NCBI GenBank assembly: GCA_943354205.1
Contig: CALRBJ010000001.1
Coordinates: 1 to 48,512, forward strand
Length of the DNA: 48,512 nucleotides
Reading direction: 5' to 3'
From: Candidatus Nomurabacteria bacterium
Lineage (GTDB): Bacteria > Patescibacteriota > Minisyncoccia > Phycocordibacterales > UBA9973
Position 1 is the first letter of the stretch; every line of letters starts with the position of its first letter. The notes beneath the pieces were generated by a model. The model saw only the letters and a program-made list of their open reading frames with translations. It made no database searches and was not told the origin of the DNA. The position numbers were made by a program, and so were the translations under genes. Below, piece after piece: positions 17,669 through 24,114 of the stretch.

Positions 17669-17751
17669 GATTGTAAAGGACTGTTTTATATCCTGTTCAT
17701 ATAGTACACTTTATAAAACGATATGTCAACATTTAAAGAAAACTCTTTTTC

Positions 17752-17760
17752 TGCTATACT
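17752..17760 (+). promoter_or_regulatory. Extended -10 box TGCTATACT upstream of ndk
   Basis: Read directly, 51 nt before the ATG at 17811. Confidence 0.35.
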
Positions 17761-17810
17761 CTCCACACTGATTATTAACTAAAGCCACTGGCTTTTTATT
17801 TTTGTAAATT

Positions 17811-18416
17811 ATGGAACATCCAAAATATGAACAAACGCTCGTCATTGTAAAACCAGACGGTGTGCAACGCAGTTTGATAGGGGAGGTCATTAGCCGATAT
17901 GAAAGGGTTGGTTTAAAACTTGTAGCTATCAAAATGGTTATTCCAACAGAAGCCCACGTAGAAGCTCACTATACCCTAGACCCTAATTGGATGCGTATTA
18001 CTGGGGAGAAGACAATAAAGGGGTACAAAGACAAAGGCCTTCTACCACCATCTGAAGACCCACTAGAAATTACCAGAGTTGTTTTGGCGAGCTTAAAAAA
18101 GTATTTAACAGCAGGCCCAGTTGTCGCTATGATTTGGGAAGGTGCTCATGCAGTGAAAATAGTTCGTAAATTAACTGGAGGAACAGAACCTTTAACTTCA
18201 GATGTGGGAACTATACGCGGTGATTATGTTTTAGATTCTTACTCTATGTCAGACCTTGATGTGCGCTCTGTTAGAAACATAGTTCACGCTTCTGGGTCAG
18301 TAGAGGAAGCAGAAATGGAAATAAAACATTGGTTTACAGAGACAGAAATTCAAAAATATCGTCTAATCCAGGAGCAAATTATTTACGACGTAAATTTAGA
18401 TGGTATAAAAGAGTAA
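17811..18416 (+). CDS. ndk: Nucleoside diphosphate kinase (long form with internal insertion)
   Basis: EQTLVIVKPDGVQRSLIGEVISRYE..GLKLVAIKM, GPVVAMIWEG, GTIRGDY and NIVHASGSVEEAEMEI (active-site His). Confidence 0.9.
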   Translation: MEHPKYEQTLVIVKPDGVQRSLIGEVISRYERVGLKLVAIKMVIPTEAHVEAHYTLDPNWMRITGEKTIKGYKDKGLLPPSEDPLEITRVVLASLKKYLTAGPVVAMIWEGAHAVKIVRKLTGGTEPLTSDVGTIRGDYVLDSYSMSDLDVRSVRNIVHASGSVEEAEMEIKHWFTETEIQKYRLIQEQIIYDVNLDGIKE

Positions 18417-18475
18417 TTTTTGCAAAGGTTTTTGAAGTTATCCACAAAAATCTTTTTTTAATCGAAATTTTGCTA

Positions 18476-18504
18476 TTGCGCGGAAAATTTTTTAGGGCTA
18501 CACT
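18476..18504 (+). promoter_or_regulatory. Candidate promoter TTGCGC-N17-TACACT for the candidate structured RNA
   Basis: Hexamers at 18476-18481 and 18499-18504. The predicted start, about 18510, coincides with the 5' arm of the closing helix. Confidence 0.3.
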
Positions 18505-18508
18505 CAAA

Positions 18509-18654
18509 TTAGCGTAACTTGGCAGAATTACCTAGAAACATCTCAAGCTTTGGGAGCGTGGTATTCGATAGATTTGGTGTATTTATACTAAAAGTCTGTC
18601 GGTCTTGCACCCACCTAGTTTCAAACTAGGGTAATTTCTATCAGGTTGCGCTAA
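18509..18654 (+). ncRNA. Candidate structured RNA of about 146 nt, class unknown
   Basis: 10-bp closing helix TTAGCGTAAC (18509-18518) / GTTGCGCTAA (18645-18654) with one G-U. Second helix GAATTACC (18525-18532) / GGTAATTT (18630-18637). Internal hairpin CCTAGTT-TCA-AACTAGG (18614-18630). No ORF. Followed by an intrinsic terminator. Confidence 0.4.
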
Positions 18655-18660
18655 CAAGTT

Positions 18661-18696
18661 CCCGTTCCCACACAGTTGGAACGGGATTTTGTTTTC
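18661..18696 (+). terminator. Intrinsic terminator
   Basis: CCCGTTCC/GGAACGGG 8-bp stem, 9-nt loop, then ATTTTGTTTT. Confidence 0.7.
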
Positions 18697-18733
18697 CTCC
18701 CCTGACAAGGGGAGGGCAGGGAGGGGTTTGATT
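18692..18733 (+). repeat. 42-bp GC-rich hairpin repeat, copy A1 (TTTTCCTCCCCTGACAAGGGGAGGGCAGGGAGGGGTTTGATT)
   Basis: Base-for-base identical to 35276-35317, same orientation. Hairpin CCTCCCC/GGGGAGG. Confidence 0.9.
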
Positions 18734-18766
18734 TGTTATTCGGCTTAAAAATAGTAGAATACATGG

Positions 18767-19186
18767 GTGAGCGAACATTCAGAAATCAAAAATATTTTCA
18801 CTCTGATTATTTTTATTCTCGTTTTGAATACGGCCGCCACTATTTTTTCTTGGTACACACTCCTCCCTTGGTTCGATATGCCTATGCATTTTTTAGGAGG
18901 AGTATTTCTGGGTTTGTCGCTCTCGTATGTGTTTAAAAAGTTTAAATTAGTTGGAGAAAATATTTCACTTATAAAATTTTCTCTTCTGGTCATACTATTT
19001 ACTTTCATCATCGGTGCGCTTTGGGAAGGGTATGAATACATAGTGCAGTTCTATACACATGCATCTTTGGCAAATCCGATCGATTCTCTCTCTGATTTAT
19101 TCTTCGATATAGTGGGTGGAATATTAGCGACGATTTTATATATAATCAGCCGAAGGACTGACCCGTCCTTCGGCGGGAAAAAATAA
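18767..19186 (+). CDS. Small polytopic membrane protein (VanZ-like pattern, tentative)
   Basis: Four hydrophobic segments. D.P.HF..G...G, E..EY..Q and D..SD...D..GG spacing is reminiscent of the VanZ family. Confidence 0.65.
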   Translation: MSEHSEIKNIFTLIIFILVLNTAATIFSWYTLLPWFDMPMHFLGGVFLGLSLSYVFKKFKLVGENISLIKFSLLVILFTFIIGALWEGYEYIVQFYTHASLANPIDSLSDLFFDIVGGILATILYIISRRTDPSFGGKK

Positions 19187-19192
19187 ATAAAA

Positions 19193-20584
19193 ATGGAAAA
19201 AGAAATTAAAAAATTAAAAATAACTTTCTGCTCGGGCGCTGGCACGGTGACTGGTGCAAACTTTTTGATCGAACAGCCCGACGAAGGCGGAATGAAAGGC
19301 AAAAAGTTTTTGGTGGATTGCGGTTTGGTTCAAGGCGAGAAAGTGGCCGACGATCAAAACTGGGATCCTTTTCCGTACGATGTGTCGACCATAGATTATC
19401 TTTTTATTACCCACGCGCACGTGGATCACTTGGGTCGCGTGCCAAAGCTCATTGCTGACGGTTTTAAGGGAAAAATTTATTCCACTACCGCTACCTTAGG
19501 ACTTGCTCCGGCTATGCTCGAAGACACCATGAGCATTCTCGCGCGCGACCACGAGCACGGGCTCGACAAGATTTATACCAAAGAAAATGTCGACAAATCT
19601 ATCGCGCTCTGGGAAGGGGTGCCGTATCATCGCGCTATCAATATCGAAGGTGGATTTACCATCACTTTTCGCGATGCGGGGCACATCCTAGGATCGGCTA
19701 TGGTAGAGATAGTCTACAATGGCAAAAATATCATCTTTACCGGCGATTTGGGCAATAGCCCCACGCCGTTTTTGCCAGATACGGAAAAGGTCACCGATGC
19801 CGACTATGTGATTATGGAATCAGTGTATGGTGACCGCAATCACGAATCGAGAAATGAAAGAAAAAAGATGCTCGAGAGTGTGATAGAAGACAATTATCGG
19901 CGCAAAGGTTCGCTCATCATGCCAACATTTTCGCTCGAGCGCACCCAAGAACTCCTTTTTGAAATAAATGATTTAGTGGAAAATCGTCGCATACCCGAGA
20001 TGCCGATATTTCTAGACTCTCCTCTCGCTATTCGTCTGACCGCGGTTTATCGAAAATATACTGATTATTTTTCTGCCGCCGCGCAAAAATTAATTTCTTC
20101 AGGTGATGATATTTTTACCTTCCCTGGATTGAAAGTGACGGTCAAAACAGAGGAATCCAAAATGATTTTGACGACCCCTGACCCAAAAATAATTATCGCG
20201 GGCTCTGGTATGAGCAATGGCGGGCGCATCGTTCACCATGAAAGAAATTATTTACCAAATCCAAACAACACCCTGCTCCTAACTGGCTACCAATCGCCCG
20301 GCACTCTCGGTAGAATACTCCAAGAAGGAGCAAAAAGTGTTTACATAGCAGGAGAAACCATAGAGGTGAATGCTCGGGTAGTGACCATCAGTGGGTATTC
20401 TGGGCACAAGGATTCCGATGCGCTTCTAAACTTTGTGGAAGACATGGGCGACCGCGTGCAAAAAATATTTGTGGTCATGGGCGAGCCAAAATCGGAACTT
20501 TTCCTCGTCCAACGCATTCGCGACTTTTTGGGATTGTATGCGTATGCGCCAGCTGCGAAGGAAACGATAGAATTAGATTGCTAA
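19193..20584 (+). CDS. Metallo-beta-lactamase / beta-CASP family RNA-metabolising nuclease
   Basis: HAHVDHLG (HxHxDH), downstream D/H motifs and a C-terminal SGH..D block typical of beta-CASP. 463 aa. Confidence 0.85.
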   Translation: MEKEIKKLKITFCSGAGTVTGANFLIEQPDEGGMKGKKFLVDCGLVQGEKVADDQNWDPFPYDVSTIDYLFITHAHVDHLGRVPKLIADGFKGKIYSTTATLGLAPAMLEDTMSILARDHEHGLDKIYTKENVDKSIALWEGVPYHRAINIEGGFTITFRDAGHILGSAMVEIVYNGKNIIFTGDLGNSPTPFLPDTEKVTDADYVIMESVYGDRNHESRNERKKMLESVIEDNYRRKGSLIMPTFSLERTQELLFEINDLVENRRIPEMPIFLDSPLAIRLTAVYRKYTDYFSAAAQKLISSGDDIFTFPGLKVTVKTEESKMILTTPDPKIIIAGSGMSNGGRIVHHERNYLPNPNNTLLLTGYQSPGTLGRILQEGAKSVYIAGETIEVNARVVTISGYSGHKDSDALLNFVEDMGDRVQKIFVVMGEPKSELFLVQRIRDFLGLYAYAPAAKETIELDC

Positions 20585-20624
20585 CCTCACCCGCCCGCCA
20601 CACGAGGTGTGCTAGAATAAATAT

Positions 20625-21227
20625 ATGGATGAAACAAAACACGGGCATAATAAAATAAAAATCGGCGTATCAGGCGCCGCGGAAACTGGGCACTGCGGAG
20701 TGCACACTTTAGATGTGGCCAAAGAACTCGGCCGACAAATCGCCCTTCAAGGCGCAGTGCTGGTTACCGGCGCGACTACTGGCTTTCCACTATGGGTGGC
20801 TATGGGCTGCAAAGAAGCCGGTGGAGTATCGATCGGTCTTTCGCCGGCTGCCAGCGAGCGCGAACATGTAGAGGTGTATCGCTTGCCGATCGATTATATG
20901 GATTTGATCATTTACACCGGCTTTGGCTACCCAGGCCGCGACTTGCTCTTTACTCGATCGACTGATGCTATGGTCATCGGCTGTGGACGCATCGGCACCA
21001 TACATGAATTCACCATCGCTTTTGAAGACGGCAAACCCGTCGGCATATTAGAAGGAGAGTGGGCCATGGATGAAGAAATTCGCGAGATTTTAGAAAAAGG
21101 CAATCGTCCGAGCAAGCAGATAGTGTTTGATCCTTCTCCAGAAAATTTAGTTAAAAAAATGATAGACATGGTCGAGCGCGACAAAATTGATGAATACAAA
21201 CTATCTCCAAACAAACAAACTCCCTAA
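20625..21227 (+). CDS. TIGR00725/LOG-like (SLOG, Rossmann-fold) family protein
   Basis: IGVSGAA......LG..IA..GAVLVTGATTG and GGVSIGLSP....., GRIGTIHEF pattern. Confidence 0.7.
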   Translation: MDETKHGHNKIKIGVSGAAETGHCGVHTLDVAKELGRQIALQGAVLVTGATTGFPLWVAMGCKEAGGVSIGLSPAASEREHVEVYRLPIDYMDLIIYTGFGYPGRDLLFTRSTDAMVIGCGRIGTIHEFTIAFEDGKPVGILEGEWAMDEEIREILEKGNRPSKQIVFDPSPENLVKKMIDMVERDKIDEYKLSPNKQTP

Positions 21228-21244
21228 TGGGAGTTTGTTTGTTT
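21209..21244. terminator. Bidirectional terminator, 16-bp perfect stem, shared by convergent genes
   Basis: AAACAAACAAACTCCC-TAAT-GGGAGTTTGTTTGTTT. The loop contains the TAA of the plus-strand gene, and the 3' arm overlaps the rplT stop. Confidence 0.75.
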
Positions 21245-21587
21245 ACGCTATTTCTTTCAAAAGTCTTTTAAATGTTGCTGGGTAGTGTTCGGCGAGGGAG
21301 GCGAGGATTTTACGGTCGAGGAGGATGTTTTTCTTTTTCATCGCGCCGATCATTTTGGAGTAAGATAGGCCTTCGGCTTTAGAAGCGGAGCTGATTTTTA
21401 CGTTCCAAAGTTTGCGCGCATCACTCTTTTTGTCTTTGCGGTGGGCAAAGGCGTAGGTGCCAGCGTGGAAGATCGCTTCTTTTGCCTGCGCTTCCTTGCT
21501 GCCGCGGCCATGGCGGTAGCCCTTGGTCTGTTTCAAGACATTCTTTCGGCGCTTATTTTTTATAACTCCTCGTTTTACTCTAGACAT
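21243..21587 (-). CDS. rplT: 50S ribosomal protein L20
   Basis: MSRVKRGVIKNKRRKNVLKQTKGYRHGR....A.EA..HA..YAF..RK.KK is the L20 N-terminus. Confidence 0.95.
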   Translation of the reverse strand: MSRVKRGVIKNKRRKNVLKQTKGYRHGRGSKEAQAKEAIFHAGTYAFAHRKDKKSDARKLWNVKISSASKAEGLSYSKMIGAMKKKNILLDRKILASLAEHYPATFKRLLKEIA

Positions 21588-21624
21588 ATATAATTAATTA
21601 ATTTTCAATTTATAATTTTACAAT

Positions 21625-21810
21625 TTAGCGCGAAGGCATTAAATGACTCTTTGGCTTGTTCTTCATGATAAAGTTGCTCGACTTGCGGGAAGCGAGCTGC
21701 TTCACACGGCGAGTGCGAGCGTTGAAATGGTTTTGGCCAGGGGTGCGAGCCATGAGCTTTCCGCTCTTGGTCACCTTCAATCTTTTGCTGTATGATTTGT
21801 TTGTTTTCAT
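21625..21810 (-). CDS. rpmI: 50S ribosomal protein L35
   Basis: MKTNKSYSKRLKVTKSGKLMARTPGQNHF. 61 aa, between infC and rplT. Confidence 0.93.
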   Translation of the reverse strand: MKTNKSYSKRLKVTKSGKLMARTPGQNHFNARTRRVKQLASRKSSNFIMKNKPKSHLMPSR

Positions 21811-21811
21811 T

Positions 21812-22315
21812 TTATTCTTTCTCTATGGTTATCATTATTCCTTTCGGACTCTTTTTATATGGCTCGGCTATCTTGTAGGGGATAGTCAGGAAGTGCATGA
21901 TGCGCTCGAGGCGTTCTTTGAGGAATTTCTCGTCCATATATTTCGCGCGTCCTGAAAGGTAAAGCTCTACTTTTATGCGGTGTCCCTCCGAGAGCCATTT
22001 GCTGGCGGTCTTGGCTTTTTGCTCCAAGTCGTGCTCGCCAGTGGCTATCTTTATCTGGATCGCTTTGGTCTCGGTGGCTTTTGTGCCGGCCTTGGCCTTC
22101 TTTTCTTTCTTTTGTTTTTCGTAAAGGTACTTGCCGAAATCCATGATCTTGGCGATCGGGGGATTGGCATTGGGAGAAATCTCTATCAAATCCAGGCCTC
22201 TTTCATTGGCGATTTTCAAGGCTTCCGATAGGGCAAGGACGCCTAAATTTCCATTTTCGCCGTCGATGACCCGTACTTCCTTGGCCCGTATTTGATTATT
22301 TATTCTTTCTCGCAA
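21812..22315 (-). CDS. infC: Translation initiation factor IF-3 (non-AUG TTG start)
   Basis: INNQIRAKEVRVIDGENGNLGVL....AL..A...GLDLIEISPNANPPIAKIMDFGKY. The ORF opens at TTG, immediately preceded by an in-frame TAA. Confidence 0.92.
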   Translation of the reverse strand: MRERINNQIRAKEVRVIDGENGNLGVLALSEALKIANERGLDLIEISPNANPPIAKIMDFGKYLYEKQKKEKKAKAGTKATETKAIQIKIATGEHDLEQKAKTASKWLSEGHRIKVELYLSGRAKYMDEKFLKERLERIMHFLTIPYKIAEPYKKSPKGIMITIEKE

Positions 22316-22355
22316 TTAAATGTAGATAAAATTAGACCTTTCGGTCGTATGGGCT

Positions 22356-22384
22356 ATTCTAGCCTAAAGGAGGGGAATAGTCAA
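22356..22384 (-). promoter_or_regulatory. Candidate promoter TTGACT-N17-TAGAAT for infC-rpmI-rplT
   Basis: Minus-strand reading: TTGACT (22384-22379), 17-nt spacer, TAGAAT (22361-22356), about 40 nt before the infC start. Confidence 0.45.
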
Positions 22385-22403
22385 TAAAACGCGAGCGAAG
22401 CAG

Positions 22404-22792
22404 TGGAGATGGGCGGTAGCGAGCCGCCGTGCAACAAGCGAAATTGGTTGAGTCTACGCGCATAGAAGGTTTCTTTGTCTAAGCCTAATGAGTGTAAAGC
22501 CGACAAAATCTCACCAGTGCCGAGCCATCTTTTGTTTCAGTCTTCAAGCGAGGCTGCAAGAATTCCTATTCCGAAAATATTATACCCATTCTCAAGTATC
22601 GGAATTTATTGAGATAGATACCGCCTTAGGCTAAAGCGTAAGCCGGAACAAGTTCGTTCACAGTAAAATACGGTGAACGAGTTGCTTTACCAAGAGTTTT
22701 ATCAGTTGGGTTTTAGAAAAAGTTTTACGAGATTGTTTCCATGCTCGGCGCGCACGACCAAAGACATCCTGCTGTCTAGGCAATGCATCCCC
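22404..22792 (-). ncRNA. ssrA: tmRNA (transfer-messenger RNA)
   Basis: Minus-strand 5' GGGGATG pairs with 3' CATCTCC, including the G3-U70 alanine identity pair, with discriminator A. T-arm is GGCGG-CTCGCTA-CCGCC. Internal tag frame ends ...V P A Y A L A-TAA (stop at 22626-22628). Directly downstream of smpB. Confidence 0.85.
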
Positions 22793-22800
22793 GTAAATTA

Positions 22801-23238
22801 TTAAAGACCTCTACTCATCTCGCGATCCAAGTCGCGCTTTTTTAAAACTTCGCGCTTGTCGTGTTTCTTTTTTCCGCGAGCGATCGCAATATCTATCTTT
22901 ATCTTGCGGCCCTTAATATACATTGAAATAGGCACTATTGTCAAACCAGATTTGCCGTCGGCCGTAGAAAGTTCTTGCAATTCTTTTTTGGTTAAAAGTA
23001 TTCGGCGCGTTCTTTTTGAATCATAATCGGTGGGCGTGTTGTTGGCCTGATAGGGCGGAATATCGGCGCCGACGAGCCAGCCTTGGCCATCACGAATGAT
23101 AATGTGCGCCCCGGTGAGTGACCCGCGATTGGCACGCAAAGATTTCACCTCGAGTCCAAGGAGTTCGATGCCCGCCTCAAAATGCTCTTTAAACTCATAA
23201 TCAAAATGAGCCTTTTTATTTTCTACGAGTGATGTCAT
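22801..23238 (-). CDS. smpB: SsrA-binding protein SmpB
   Basis: NKKAHFDYEF.E.FEAGIEL.G.EVKSLR....SL..A...I...... and K.HDKRE.LKKRD. Confidence 0.95.
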   Translation of the reverse strand: MTSLVENKKAHFDYEFKEHFEAGIELLGLEVKSLRANRGSLTGAHIIIRDGQGWLVGADIPPYQANNTPTDYDSKRTRRILLTKKELQELSTADGKSGLTIVPISMYIKGRKIKIDIAIARGKKKHDKREVLKKRDLDREMSRGL

Positions 23239-23327
23239 ATAGTAATAATAACATAAAAAGTATACTTGACTTTTGCCGAGCGTTCGTATAGGATACTAGG
23301 TACAAAGCTCCTCGCAAGAGGATCCGA

Positions 23328-23358
23328 GAAATCCGCCGAAAGGCGGATTTCGAGTTTT
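23328..23358. terminator. 10-bp GAAA-tetraloop hairpin abutting the MazF-like stop codon
   Basis: GAAATCCGCC-GAAA-GGCGGATTTC, followed on the plus strand by GAGTTTT. Strand of action is ambiguous. Confidence 0.4.
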
Positions 23359-23752
23359 AAGACAGGAATTTTTTTAACTTTTCCTTAATTTCTTTTAATT
23401 TCTGATTATCTATTTCGTACAGCTTTCTTTTTAGTCGCTTAACACTTATGAGTTTCATCTGGGCCAATATGCCGGAAACATTATTCCCACTTGGGTCAGT
23501 AAAATTGTAATAAAAATCAAAAGGTTTCTGCTTTGTAGAAAGGGGAATACACCAAAACATTTGATTGTTGAACTTCTTAATTACAAGTAGAGGTCTAGAA
23601 AAATTTTCCCCACTTCCATTTTGTTCAAATCCGATATTTTTTCCAAGCGAACTCATCCAAACTTCTCCAACTTTTGGAAATTTTTCGGGCTCTACTTCTG
23701 TGGAATTTATTTTTTTCTTTACCTCATTCCACAAATTAAATTCGTTATCCAT
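23357..23752 (-). CDS. PemK/MazF-family toxin-like protein, no adjacent antitoxin ORF
   Basis: GEVWMSSLGKNIGFEQNGSGENFSRPLLVIKKF......CIPLSTK matches the MazF/PemK SH3-like core pattern (GE/D-V/I-W...G.E..G.RP.L/VI). Confidence 0.7.
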   Translation of the reverse strand: MDNEFNLWNEVKKKINSTEVEPEKFPKVGEVWMSSLGKNIGFEQNGSGENFSRPLLVIKKFNNQMFWCIPLSTKQKPFDFYYNFTDPSGNNVSGILAQMKLISVKRLKRKLYEIDNQKLKEIKEKLKKFLS

Positions 23753-23768
23753 AAAACAATTTTATCAT

Positions 23769-23801
23769 AAAAATAAAAATGGGAGACCTTTTGGGTCCCC
23801 C
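23769..23801 (-). terminator. Terminator-like hairpin after the small membrane ORF
   Basis: Minus strand: GGGGGACC/GGTCTCCC stem (one mismatch), followed by ATTTTTATTTTT. Confidence 0.45.
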
Positions 23802-23817
23802 GTATCTGTGTAGATTT

Positions 23818-24054
23818 TTATTTTATATTAAGATTGAGTGCGATGACTTCAGCCATAATTGTAAGGAATCCAAGGAAACACAAGAAAATAGTTAACACTA
23901 TACTTTGTCTCTTTGAATCCTTCTCAAACTCACGCATTTCTTCTGCCCGCTTTTTTCTTTGGCCTAAAATGTAATAAACTCTTTCAGACTCTTCTTTTGT
24001 AATTTTAGGAACATGGAACATGATTGAAAAATTTTTATATCGGAATATTATCAT
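23818..24054 (-). CDS. Small hypothetical protein with a C-terminal TM helix. Alternative start at 24021
   Basis: ORF with a charged N-terminal half and the hydrophobic tail IVLTIFLCFLGFLTIMAEVIAL. Confidence 0.5.
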   Translation of the reverse strand: MIIFRYKNFSIMFHVPKITKEESERVYYILGQRKKRAEEMREFEKDSKRQSIVLTIFLCFLGFLTIMAEVIALNLNIK

Positions 24055-24114
24055 AAGGTAGCAACTTCGTCAAGGTTATATTCCCTTATGTTTTAAGCTA
24101 TAATAGCTCTACTT

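Noticed and set aside
18509-18654. Assigning the candidate structured RNA to SRP RNA, 6S RNA, or a known riboswitch class (guanidine/ykkC, fluoride, preQ1)
   Set aside because: I could not find the SRP domain IV motifs (GNAR loop, AGCA/GGA internal loop). I also found no 6S-style large central bubble and no conserved cores of the riboswitches I recall. The class is left open rather than guessed.
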